DNA from: Pyrobaculum sp.
GTDB lineage: Archaea > Thermoproteota > Thermoprotei > Thermoproteales > Thermoproteaceae
Direction: 5' to 3'
Assembly: GCA_046293555.1 (NCBI GenBank)
Contig: JBKBOT010000011.1
Span: 1-48,889, forward strand
Length of the DNA: 48,889 nucleotides
In this document: piece after piece, positions 39,709 to 48,699 of the stretch
Layout: every line of letters starts with the position of its first letter
Numbering within the stretch: position 1 is the first letter of the stretch
Program-made: the position numbers and the translations under genes
Notes under the pieces: model-generated
Seen by the model: only the letters and a program-made list of their open reading frames with translations
What the model was told of the DNA's origin: nothing
Databases searched by the model: none

Positions 39709-41871
39709 TTAAAAAGGCAACAGCCCAGCCGGGTAGATACCCAAGCTGACATTTACAAAAACTATGGCGTAGGCAAACACTACAGACAGCGTGTTAAGCA
39801 CCTTAATCAACGGGTTTAACGACGGGCCGGAGGTGTCCTTAAAGGGATCTCCCACAGTGTCGCCAATAACGGCGGCTTTGTGCATCTCTGTCTTCTTAAG
39901 CCCTTGAAGCTCGATATACTTCTTGGCGTTATCCCAAGCGCCGCCTGCGTTAGCCATAAGGAGCGCTCTCGGCACGCCCGCCACTATGGCGCCCATAATC
40001 AAGCCGGCGAGGGCAGTCCAGCCTAACACCAGCCCTGTTACAAGTGGCACCACAATTGCCGCAAGGCCGGGCACCAGGAACTCCCCAAGCGCCCTCTTGG
40101 TGGCTATATCTACCACCCTGGCGTAATCGGGCTGTTCCTTCCACTCCAATATGCCAGGTCTCTCTCTAAACTGTCTACGTATCTCCTCTACGATCTCCAT
40201 AGCCGTCCTCCCCACGCCCTCTAGAGTACGGCTGGTGAAGAAATATACTAACAACACGCCGATAAACGCCCCAATTAACACATTGGGGCTAATAATCGTC
40301 ATGCTGCTCACACCCTCCTGAAGGGCTTTAACCATATCGACACCAAGGATCTTGTGGGCGTGGTAAAATATCTCAAAAACCAACGCGATAAATAACACCA
40401 AGGCCGCCAGAGCCGCGCTAGCTATGGCATAACCCTTTGTGGTGGCCTTCGTGGTGTTACCCACAGAGTCCAGCCTGTCTGTAATCTCTCTGACGCTCTC
40501 AGGAAGGCCGGCCATCTCCACCACGCCGGCGGCGTTGTCGCTAACCGGGCCGTAAGAGTCGGCAGTCATGATCATCCCAGCTACAATTAACAACCCCACA
40601 GAGGCCATAGCCGTGCCAAATACGCCGGCGAGATATTTAGCCACATTGCCAAACTCGGCAGGCGCCGGGAGGAGATAATAGCCGATGCCGAAAGAAACCC
40701 CCAATACAAACAGGATAATCGTCACGACGGGAATTGCGCTCATGAGGCCAACGCCATATCCCGTCACAATGACCGTGGCGGGGCTTATCTTAGCCTGTTC
40801 TGCAATCCTCCTGACTGGGCTAAAGTTAAACGATGTGTAGTAATCTGTGATCTTAACCACCACGGGGGCTATCAAAGCCCCTAGAGATGTGGCGACCGCA
40901 AGCGCCAAGGCGTGTGTCACATCTAGGCCAAGTGCAAACACCCCAGCGAAGAATAACACCACGGAGATGCCAATAGCGGCATATACGGCAAAACTTATGG
41001 CGCCCAGAGGCTCTCTCACATCTCTTGTCTTAAGCAGGAAGGTTCCGACAAATGTGGCCAATAGAGCCAAGGTGGCAAAAAGCAAGATGGCGTCAATAAA
41101 GACTGTAGGCAGGTGGAGAATGGCGGCGAGAAATAGCGCAGCCGTTACAGTCACCACGTAGGACTCATAGACGTCAGCCGCCATACCTGCCACATCGCCG
41201 ACGTTATCGCCAACGTTGTCAGCAATCACGCCGGGGTTCCTCGGGTCGTCTTCAGGAATGCCCGCCTCGATCTTACCCACCAGGTCGGCGCCCAGGTCGG
41301 CAGCCTTGGTGTATATACCGCCCCCAACTCTCATAAACAGGGTGATCAAAGAGGCGCCAAAGCCCAGCGCTACTAGCGGCACGGCCCACTCCTCAGTTAT
41401 GGAGCGGAAGACTAGATAGAAGCCGGAAATTAGAAGTAGCGCAATACTGGCGAGAGATACTCCCATCACGGCGCCGGCGCGCCAGGATACCAGAAGGGCC
41501 TTCCCCATGCCGGCTGTAGCCGCCGCCTGGGCCACCCTAGATGCAGACCTGGTGGTGACATACATGCCGAGATATCCAGCCAACATGCTGCCTAACGCGC
41601 CTACAATAAACGCGACCGCCGTGAGGCCTGGAAAGTGCCGGGGCAAATCTATGGCAAACAAGATGGCAGCCGCCAGTACTATCATAAGGGGCGCCAGAGT
41701 CTTGTACTGTCTGAACAAATAGGCCCTAGCGCCGGTGGCAATTGCCTGAGAGATAAACCGCATCCTCTCGTTGCCAGGATCCTGCGATAGAACCCACCTG
41801 GCGAGCCACATGGCGTACAGGATGCCCACTACACCCACCACAACGCCAATTAGCGGGATATATGTAGCCAT
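39709..41871 (-). CDS. hppA: K+-independent membrane-bound H+-translocating pyrophosphatase
   Basis: [55 protein letters not shown] (Lys, K+-independent type), [10 protein letters not shown]. Confidence 0.97.
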   Translation of the reverse strand: MATYIPLIGVVVGVVGILYAMWLARWVLSQDPGNERMRFISQAIATGARAYLFRQYKTLAPLMIVLAAAILFAIDLPRHFPGLTAVAFIVGALGSMLAGYLGMYVTTRSASRVAQAAATAGMGKALLVSWRAGAVMGVSLASIALLLISGFYLVFRSITEEWAVPLVALGFGASLITLFMRVGGGIYTKAADLGADLVGKIEAGIPEDDPRNPGVIADNVGDNVGDVAGMAADVYESYVVTVTAALFLAAILHLPTVFIDAILLFATLALLATFVGTFLLKTRDVREPLGAISFAVYAAIGISVVLFFAGVFALGLDVTHALALAVATSLGALIAPVVVKITDYYTSFNFSPVRRIAEQAKISPATVIVTGYGVGLMSAIPVVTIILFVLGVSFGIGYYLLPAPAEFGNVAKYLAGVFGTAMASVGLLIVAGMIMTADSYGPVSDNAAGVVEMAGLPESVREITDRLDSVGNTTKATTKGYAIASAALAALVLFIALVFEIFYHAHKILGVDMVKALQEGVSSMTIISPNVLIGAFIGVLLVYFFTSRTLEGVGRTAMEIVEEIRRQFRERPGILEWKEQPDYARVVDIATKRALGEFLVPGLAAIVVPLVTGLVLGWTALAGLIMGAIVAGVPRALLMANAGGAWDNAKKYIELQGLKKTEMHKAAVIGDTVGDPFKDTSGPSLNPLIKVLNTLSVVFAYAIVFVNVSLGIYPAGLLPF

Positions 41872-41926
41872 AAGACGGCGGCAGCAATAGTATATAAGCC
41901 TTATTCATTTTACATGAAAATACCTC

Positions 41927-41953
41927 TATATGTATACGTGTTGTACACATATA
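41927..41953. promoter_or_regulatory. Inverted repeat in the divergent hppA / ATP synthase I promoter region
   Basis: TATATGTATAC-N5-GTACACATATA (10/11 match). Confidence 0.35.
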
Positions 41954-41978
41954 CTTTAATACCCCAGGAAGTAGAGTC

Positions 41979-44270
41979 GTGCCTCTTGAAAAAATTGTAG
42001 AATTTAGAGTAGCGGGGGGAATAGACCTCCTGCCAGACGTCATATATTTTGTGGGCAAGACCGGAGCCGCCATGTTTGAAACCCGCCCCGAAAGGCTGCC
42101 CAAACCCAGAGACCCCCACTTCCTACAAAAAGTCAGGAGGATAGACGAGATTTTAGGCCAGATAGCTCCCTACATACAGCCAAGAGAGGTGAAGCTACCC
42201 CTCGCCCCCCTAGAGTCTCAGGTAGGCCAGGTGTTAGAAAAGCTGGAGTCTATACGTAGAGAGGTGTCTTACTACGCCCGCCTCGCCGACGAGCTTAAAT
42301 CAAAACTGGCAATCTCCCGAGAGCTAGCCAAGTTGAAAACTACCACCACGCCAAAAATAGAGACGTTAGACGTGTATATAGTCCTCCCAGGGAGGTGGCT
42401 AAAAGAAGCGCTAGAGTTATGTAAGTCATACGGCGCGTCGGCAGTACAACATGAGGGCGTGTTAATTGTGGCCACAGAACGACAGACCCAGCTAAGGACG
42501 TCGCTAGAAAAACTCGGCGCGTTAGTCCTCACGCCGGGAGAAGTAGAGGAGGTAGAGCCCCCCCACGCCCTCGAGGAGAGACTCAAGAAGGTAGAGACAG
42601 AGCTAAAAACGTCGTTATCTAGACACGAGGAGGCGATAAACTACGCCTACACCCTGAGAAACGCCATATCTACGGTAATAGATACACTCAACAGGTCTGC
42701 CATAGACGAGGGGCTAGAGGTCGGCAGACTCTTTGAGACATATGAAAAAGAGATAAAAAGACTTGAAAGACAGGTAGACGACTTACGTAAGATCAAGCTG
42801 GTGCTAGAGGGGCTTAGGGAAAACGTCAAGCTGCCCCAAGGCTTCAAGCTTGTGGTAGATCCACAACTGCCCATAGAGGCGCCACATGTGCTCCAAGAAG
42901 TCAACGGGATAAAAGTGGCGCTAGTAAGGGGGGAGGCCAGAGGCGTGGAGATACCTGCCGAATATCTATCAGACGTCAAGACTGGGCTGAGGCTTGTAGA
43001 AGACGCCATCAAGTCTACTGAAGTCTCGACACGTCGCCTCAAGAGAGAACTAGAGGCGATAGAGAAGGCCTACGCCCAGTATTCCACATATGGCGACAAG
43101 CGGTGGGAAGAACGTAGAGACACCGCCAGCGTGGTTTTTTACGTCCTCGAGAGAGACGCCGGGAAGGTAGACGACGCGTTGGTAGAATTTGTAAAACACC
43201 ACACGGGAGAGATAGAGGTAGTGCGGAGGCTTAGATACAAGTATTTCGACAGGGTGCCAGCAGAGAGAAGGCCCACCCTAGAGAGACTCCCCCCACCCAT
43301 AAGGCAGTTCACAAAAGTGACGTATATGTACGGCGTGCCAAAACCAGTGGAGATAAGCCCCACGGCGCTAGTGGCCATAATATTCCCCATATTTTTCGGC
43401 TGGATGTATGGCGACTTGGGACACGGCTTCCTCCTATTTCTCCTCGGCCTCCTGTTGGTAAAAAAGCTCTACGGCGGGAAGCATAGAGACTGGGGCGTAA
43501 TATGGGCCACCACGGGCGTCGCCTCTATGTTATTCGGCCTTTTTGTATACCAAGAGGCTTTTGGCATCCACCTCAAGGAGCTAGGCATAAAGCTGCCGCC
43601 CCCCATCTTCCCCATATTTGGCGAAAAAGAGCTAGTAGAGGTAGAGGGCATAACCGCCACAGTGAGAGCCGCCTTCCTCCTCGGATTTCTACTAATGTTA
43701 ATGGCATTCTTCACAAAATTTGTGAACACCTGGCTGAAAGGAGAAAGAGACATGGCGCTAGCGGTAATACTCCCACAGACAGCCATGTTTCTCTCCTTCT
43801 CTATGCTCTTCTTCTCCCTCATAAAAGAGGGGCTAGGCCTAGGCTTTCTAAACCCCATATTACAGCTACCCTGGGCCTTCATACTGGCGGCCTCCCTCCT
43901 CTGGAGTATCGCCGGGATGTTAGCCATAAGGGCTAAATACAGACACCACGAGGAGAAACCCCCAGCCACAGAGGAGTTCATATTGGGCTTTGTGGAAAGC
44001 GCCATAGGCGCTTTTGCCAACATACCCAGCTTCTCCCGCCTAGTCATCTTGATCTTAATACACGGCACTTTGACAAAATTAGTAAACGGGGCTGCCGCCG
44101 CTGTGGGCATGCCCCTAGGCCTCATACCGGCTGTATTAGGCCAGGCGTTAATAGCCACGGCGGAGGCCTTCTTCTCGTTGGTACAAACCCTACGTCTCAC
44201 CTTCTACGAGGTGTTATCTAAGTTCTACGAGGGCAGAGGCCGTCTCTTCACCCCACTGACGTTACCATAA
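41979..44270 (+). CDS. atpI: A/V-type ATP synthase subunit I (a)
   Basis: MYGVP...EISPT...FPIFFG.MYGDLGHG, essential Arg in SFSRL, LRL.FYE..SKFYEG.GR.F.PL. Confidence 0.92.
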   Translation: MPLEKIVEFRVAGGIDLLPDVIYFVGKTGAAMFETRPERLPKPRDPHFLQKVRRIDEILGQIAPYIQPREVKLPLAPLESQVGQVLEKLESIRREVSYYARLADELKSKLAISRELAKLKTTTTPKIETLDVYIVLPGRWLKEALELCKSYGASAVQHEGVLIVATERQTQLRTSLEKLGALVLTPGEVEEVEPPHALEERLKKVETELKTSLSRHEEAINYAYTLRNAISTVIDTLNRSAIDEGLEVGRLFETYEKEIKRLERQVDDLRKIKLVLEGLRENVKLPQGFKLVVDPQLPIEAPHVLQEVNGIKVALVRGEARGVEIPAEYLSDVKTGLRLVEDAIKSTEVSTRRLKRELEAIEKAYAQYSTYGDKRWEERRDTASVVFYVLERDAGKVDDALVEFVKHHTGEIEVVRRLRYKYFDRVPAERRPTLERLPPPIRQFTKVTYMYGVPKPVEISPTALVAIIFPIFFGWMYGDLGHGFLLFLLGLLLVKKLYGGKHRDWGVIWATTGVASMLFGLFVYQEAFGIHLKELGIKLPPPIFPIFGEKELVEVEGITATVRAAFLLGFLLMLMAFFTKFVNTWLKGERDMALAVILPQTAMFLSFSMLFFSLIKEGLGLGFLNPILQLPWAFILAASLLWSIAGMLAIRAKYRHHEEKPPATEEFILGFVESAIGAFANIPSFSRLVILILIHGTLTKLVNGAAAAVGMPLGLIPAVLGQALIATAEAFFSLVQTLRLTFYEVLSKFYEGRGRLFTPLTLP

Positions 44271-44944
44271 TGGAAATCATAGCGGAAATAACGCCGACGC
44301 CACACAGAGACCTTTTCCTCAAGAGACTCCAGATGTTAAAACCGCTGGTATCTATGGTAGACATCCCGGAGTCCCCCCTGGGGAGGCCCACAGCCCACGC
44401 GCTGGCGGCAGGGGCACTGGCCAGACAGATGGGGCTAGAGCCCATTGTGCACATACGCCTATTGGATCTCAACAAGACAGGCCTTAAGTCTCTCCTAGGG
44501 GGGGCAAAGCTATTAGACATAACACACGTGGTGTTACTACAGGGAGACCCACCCACAGAGGGCACACCCGTGAGAGACGTCACTACAGAGGAGGCCGTGG
44601 CAGAGGCGAAAAAGACGGGCCTCAAGGCGGGTGCCCTCCTCAGCCTTAGGAGAGACTACAAAAGACGGCTAGAGATGAGGGCAGATTTCTACCTGGCGCT
44701 ACACTTCAGAGACGTCACACAGCTCTTAGAGCTACCCCCCGTGATATATCCCTACATCATCGTGAAGACAGAAAAAAACTCCCCCCTAGTGGAGAAAATG
44801 GGGCAAGAGGCCACCACGCCACAAGAGGCGGCACAACTAGCCAAAAGGCTGGAGGGAGTGGCGCCAGGCGTGGTGATATCAGCGCCGGGGGATTTCGACG
44901 CCATGCTCCAAGTGGTTGCTAGACTCAAAAAACGCCACAGTTAA
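44270..44944 (+). CDS. Methylenetetrahydrofolate reductase-like flavoprotein (short form)
   Basis: AEITP, DIPESPLG, PIVHIR..D.N, LLQGDPP, ADF motifs. TAATG coupling to atpI. Confidence 0.75.
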   Translation: MEIIAEITPTPHRDLFLKRLQMLKPLVSMVDIPESPLGRPTAHALAAGALARQMGLEPIVHIRLLDLNKTGLKSLLGGAKLLDITHVVLLQGDPPTEGTPVRDVTTEEAVAEAKKTGLKAGALLSLRRDYKRRLEMRADFYLALHFRDVTQLLELPPVIYPYIIVKTEKNSPLVEKMGQEATTPQEAAQLAKRLEGVAPGVVISAPGDFDAMLQVVARLKKRHS

Positions 44945-45164
44945 ACAACCTCCTGTCTCTATACCCCACGAGGTAGAGGCCGTTAACCAAAACCCCCACG
45001 TTGTGGACAAAAAAATGACAAAAGCCCTTAGGCACAGCCGCCAACCTGCCGCCGCTCCTAACCAGAAGGGTGTTATAGGTCTCCCCCACCACCACCCCCC
45101 TCACCCTATAGGGACACCTGTAGGTAGAGACCTCTCTACCCAACAAGTCGACACACCTACCCAC
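44925..45164 (-). CDS. rnp1: Ribonuclease P protein subunit Rpp29 (short)
   Basis: 'DLLG..V......GVVVGETYNTL.......VPK....F.....VNG..LVG...RL' pattern, downstream of uL29 as in other archaea. Confidence 0.82.
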   Translation of the reverse strand: MGRCVDLLGREVSTYRCPYRVRGVVVGETYNTLLVRSGGRLAAVPKGFCHFFVHNVGVLVNGLYLVGYRDRRLFNCGVF

Positions 45165-45369
45165 CCCCCCTCCTAGCCTCCCTCTCGATAGTTAAAATCC
45201 TGGCAATAGCCCTCCTCACCTGTCTAACCCTCCCAGGGTTTTCCACAAACCCCCTCTCCCTCTGGGTGTCAAGCTTAATAAGCTCAGCCCTAAGCTGGTC
45301 AAGAAGCTTCTTCCTCTCTTCTGGCGACATCTCTCTCAACGCCTTGGCCTTAAGCTTCCCTTCAGGCAT
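45157..45369 (-). CDS. rpl29: 50S ribosomal protein uL29
   Basis: LREMS.EE...L..LR.EL, ENPGR.R..RRAIARILT. ATG at 45369. Confidence 0.95.
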   Translation of the reverse strand: MPEGKLKAKALREMSPEERKKLLDQLRAELIKLDTQRERGFVENPGRVRQVRRAIARILTIEREARRGGG

Positions 45370-45413
45370 GACGGGAGAAACAACCTTATAAAAAAACTTT
45401 CTCACATATAACA

Positions 45414-45463
45414 GTGATGAGGGGTATCAAATAGAGACAGATGACCCCCTCGCGACGGGCTGA
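45414..45463 (+). ncRNA. Box C/D methylation-guide sRNA candidate directly upstream of 5S rRNA
   Basis: GTGATGA-GGGGTATCAAATA-GAGA-CAGATGA-CCCCCTCGCGACGGG-CTGA. TTATAAAA lies about 21-28 nt upstream. Confidence 0.85.
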
Positions 45464-45475
45464 AAAATTTAAAAA
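45462..45475 (+). promoter_or_regulatory. BRE/TATA promoter of 5S rRNA
   Basis: GAAAAA-TTTAAAAA, with the TATA box 20-27 nt upstream of the 5S 5' end. Confidence 0.6.
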
Positions 45476-45494
45476 TATACAAATTCTCTATAAC

Positions 45495-45623
45495 GCCTCT
45501 AACCCGGCCATAGGCGCCGGTGATACGCCCGGACTCATCAGAACCCGGAAGCTAAGGCCGGCGCCGCGCCCGGAAGTACTGGGCTCCGCGAGGGCCCGGG
45601 AACCCGGCGTGCTGGGAGGGGGC
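45495..45623 (+). rRNA. rrf: 5S ribosomal RNA (stand-alone)
   Basis: CGGCCATAG, GAACCCGGAAGCTAAG, AGTACT, GCGA-capped helix, terminal GCCTCT/GGGGGC pairing. Confidence 0.96.
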
Positions 45624-45676
45624 ACCCAACCCCCAATACCACTGTTTAAACAACTGACATGCTAAAAAGACTCCAC

Positions 45677-45730
45677 CCTCAGGAAGGCGGTTTTTAAAAA
45701 CCGAAAGGGGTTTAGCCCCCCGCCTTGAGG
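45677..45730. repeat. Nested inverted repeats including a perfect 16-bp palindrome CGGTTTTTAAAAACCG
   Basis: Palindrome at 45688-45703. AAGGCGG (45684-90) pairs with CCGCCTT (45720-26), and CCTC pairs with GAGG. Confidence 0.6.
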
Positions 45731-46206
45731 CTTACTATACTGCGGCGAGTTCTACTTCAAACGGTCCCGTCTGAGGCACGCAGGTTTATTACGTGTGCTT
45801 TCGCTTGTTGTGGCTGCGGCGAAATGCCTGTTGGTGTTGTTCTATTTCTTTATCTAGTGGGGTCTCTCATTCCCCTCTCTAGTAACTTCTGGGTTGTATT
45901 CTAAATATATGTCTGGCTTAAGTTTTGTCACTGGCGGGGAAGGCCTGGATAGCAACCATCACTAATCTTTATAGAGGCGTGTGTATCTATATTCACGTCG
46001 CCAGAAATTGCCACAATTCTCTCCGCAGCCTCCTCTTTGGATCTTTCTGTACTCTCCTATTTTTCCCCATCTCGTCTCACTCTCAACGCCAAACTTATCT
46101 CTACAAACATAAAATCGCCAAAATTAATCTTTACATCAGGAAGCCTCTCTCTCACATAACCCATAATAGTAGACTTACCACTACCAGCCAAAACCATAAC
46201 CTTCAT
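45712..46206 (-). pseudogene. adkA: Adenylate kinase pseudogene (degenerate second copy of adkA)
   Basis: Translates MKVMVLAGSGKSTIMGYVRERLPDVKINFGDFM before a frameshift. A 26-nt exact match (45965-45990 vs 10781-10806) and a 20-nt exact match (45826-45845 vs 10958-10977). Colinear to the stop codon but 495 nt vs 591 nt. Confidence 0.92.
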
Positions 46207-46238
46207 GGGGTTTGTATAAAAAATACCTTATTGGGGGT

Positions 46239-46862
46239 CTATTTACGACGCCCCCCGACGAAAAACAACGCCGTGCCTACAGCTATAATCACGATGCCAG
46301 CTAATAACAAAGGCGATATGGAGACGCCAACTCCGAGCGGGGAGTATTCATATCTTAACACATTTTCGTCTTCTATAAACCTCACGTTTCTAGACCCCTC
46401 GGGCAGATTGACCGTGATGGTAAACATCCACCTGAGGTCTGAAGTTACCGCCTTTATGTAGGTGAAGACGAGAGTATTGCCGCTCTGAGAAGATAAAGTC
46501 ACCTTCTCTCTGGGGTTAGCCACTCTAAGCTCCCAGAAATCTTTCTTATTCACCGCAGCGCCCTTGATGGTGTAGGTAACTGTAACTCTATTATTTGCCT
46601 CATCTACATTTATATTTACGTCTACAAATTCTGCGTCGAGCCTATGCGACTTTAACTCTCTTGTCAACATACTTAACGGGCTGTAGTAAGCCCTAAACCT
46701 GGCGAATGCGGCTGCAGACATGCTGATCTCCTCTTTCACGTTGGCATCGCCATTAGGCAACACATTTACAGTACTCTTATCTATAACCTCAGTCACCACA
46801 GGCGGCTGCACTACTGCCAAAACCACAGCCGCAGCCAACAGGAGTACCACAAGAGACCTCAT
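46239..46862 (-). CDS. Secreted beta-rich protein with C-terminal membrane anchor
   Basis: Signal peptide MRSLVVLLLAAAVVLA, beta-strand-rich body, C-terminal TM helix plus GGRRK. ATGA-coupled to the upstream gene. Confidence 0.8.
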   Translation of the reverse strand: MRSLVVLLLAAAVVLAVVQPPVVTEVIDKSTVNVLPNGDANVKEEISMSAAAFARFRAYYSPLSMLTRELKSHRLDAEFVDVNINVDEANNRVTVTYTIKGAAVNKKDFWELRVANPREKVTLSSQSGNTLVFTYIKAVTSDLRWMFTITVNLPEGSRNVRFIEDENVLRYEYSPLGVGVSISPLLLAGIVIIAVGTALFFVGGRRK

Positions 46863-48442
46863 GTTAGCCTAAATGACGCCACCATATTTTCAAATAAGTT
46901 AGCCATTTCTCTACGCTCCGCTGGGTAGGTATACACAATGGCAAACCCATGTGCGCCATATTCAAAATATCTAGCCACAACTGCGTACACCACATCGCCA
47001 ACCTTAAACCCATACAACACAGCCACTGCAGACACGCCAGAGACAGACACCCTCCCCTCGTTTACCACCTGTAGGACACCCAAAGACTTCAACTCCTCCT
47101 CAAGCTCAGACCTAATCTGAGACCAAGACTTGCCTCTAGACCACATGACGATCAGACTGCCGACGTCAGACTCAAAACTTACATAACCCTCCACGGGGTT
47201 AGCCTCAGAGCTATCTACAGTCCAATCCGCGGGATAGGAAATAGACCACCTAGGAGAGGGATTACTATAACTCCGTGACCCAGAAGGCGGGGGAGATGGA
47301 CTTGGCGAAGGTGACTGCCCCGGCATGGTTATACCCCACCTCTGGAGTATGTCAGGTGGGAGGGGCTCTAGTTCTGGTGGGGTTATCCCTATGGCTTGTA
47401 GCTGCTGTATGTCTATAATGATGTGAGGCCCTCTCATCGCCTCTTGGAATACCTCAACGCCTTTTCTCACAGCGGCTTCAAAAGACACGCCAGAGTTCAA
47501 CATAGTGGTTTCTATGGGCACAAGCTGTCCGCTCTTGGGCAGCTCTACTACTAGAAAGGCGTGTCCCGGCATTAAGACTATATAGGGCTTCAGCCCTTGA
47601 GATATAGCTAGAGACGCGAAGAAAATCGTGGAGTCTAGACACGTGGCGATCCTATTCTTAATCACATCTCTAGGATACATGACGTATTGAGACAGTTTCC
47701 CAGTCCAAAACGCCTGGGGTTCTGTCTTATACTGAATCCCGTTGTATACAGAAAGTTCCCACATGCCCTGCAGGCTCTTCACCGCCTCCTCGTCAGAAAT
47801 CATAGCCCCAGCTCCCCCAGCCACCTTATTCCCCAAATCGCCAAACTGTGTCACCACTGGGTCGGTGGGAGTTACCCAAGCTGCCACAAGGGGGTAGTTA
47901 CTAAAAATGTCGTAAAAAGTGCCCAAGCTCTCCTCCGGGGGGAGGCTAGAAAATATGAAGTCGTGCCGCCCAAGTATGTTCACCTGCCGCCTCTCCACGA
48001 TTTCGTAAGGCTTCCCACTCCCGTCTGTATATGTAATCTTTATATTCACTCTAGAGGGAGTCGGCGAAGTTAATTTAGTAACTTCCGAAGAGATAATGGG
48101 GTAATACAGAACTACCACAGTGCTGCCGGGAAGCAAAACTGGATACCTACCCCCCTCACTCCAGTCAGAATAACCCTCGATGTTGTATGACACACGTAAG
48201 TCATACACAGGGACGGTGCCCACGTTAGTAATAATCACCTTGGCAACCCACATCCCTAACTCGGGCCTGCCATACACCTTATAAGCAGCAGAAACGATGT
48301 CGGTCACAGTACGCACTTTATACTCCAGCCTAGGCTCGCCACCAGAAGAGCCGCCAAAAGAAAGAACTAACAACACGACACCAGCCACAACTAAAGCCAA
48401 CCCAACCAGCTTAACACCTGACAAGTTCTTGGGATTAATCAT
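46859..48442 (-). CDS. Membrane-anchored transglutaminase-like (Cys-His-Glu) protein with Ig-like N-domain, Pro/Ser linker and PsbP-like C-domain
   Basis: N-terminal TM, 'ATCLD...PGHAF...IETT' triad, SPSPSPSPPPS linker, 'Y.N....SISYPADW' C-terminal motif. Confidence 0.72.
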   Translation of the reverse strand: MINPKNLSGVKLVGLALVVAGVVLLVLSFGGSSGGEPRLEYKVRTVTDIVSAAYKVYGRPELGMWVAKVIITNVGTVPVYDLRVSYNIEGYSDWSEGGRYPVLLPGSTVVVLYYPIISSEVTKLTSPTPSRVNIKITYTDGSGKPYEIVERRQVNILGRHDFIFSSLPPEESLGTFYDIFSNYPLVAAWVTPTDPVVTQFGDLGNKVAGGAGAMISDEEAVKSLQGMWELSVYNGIQYKTEPQAFWTGKLSQYVMYPRDVIKNRIATCLDSTIFFASLAISQGLKPYIVLMPGHAFLVVELPKSGQLVPIETTMLNSGVSFEAAVRKGVEVFQEAMRGPHIIIDIQQLQAIGITPPELEPLPPDILQRWGITMPGQSPSPSPSPPPSGSRSYSNPSPRWSISYPADWTVDSSEANPVEGYVSFESDVGSLIVMWSRGKSWSQIRSELEEELKSLGVLQVVNEGRVSVSGVSAVAVLYGFKVGDVVYAVVARYFEYGAHGFAIVYTYPAERREMANLFENMVASFRLT

Positions 48443-48699
48443 AAGCTAAAATAAACACATCTATAAAAAATTTTCTAAATCATTAAATAAATATAAAATA
48501 AACATAATAAATAAAAATAAAGACATAAACATTATAAAATGTTGATGTACTATAACGCTGTGATAGACTGGAGGCCGCCTCTCTTAGGCACCAGACGTCC
48601 GGACGGAGTCGCCATTCTCACTTGGCCTCAAGGGAGCCCTCTGGTGGGCTGCCGGCGTTATATCACGTAAGATTTATATATTATTGTGTAAAGACAGTC

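Noticed and set aside
45421-45433. D' guide targeting the conserved 16S AUUAGAUACCC motif
   Set aside because: The single mismatch falls exactly at the D'+5 position, so methylation there is unlikely. The target is left unassigned.
45441-45665. 74-aa ORF
   Set aside because: It overlaps the C/D sRNA and the 5S rRNA.
45660-45900. RNase P RNA or IS200/IS605 end downstream of 5S
   Set aside because: The conserved P4 motifs and any transposase remnant are missing. Most of the stretch is explained by the adkA pseudogene.
45925-46461. 178-aa plus-strand ORF
   Set aside because: It is antisense to the adkA pseudogene and the anchored-protein gene, and shows no protein-like motifs.
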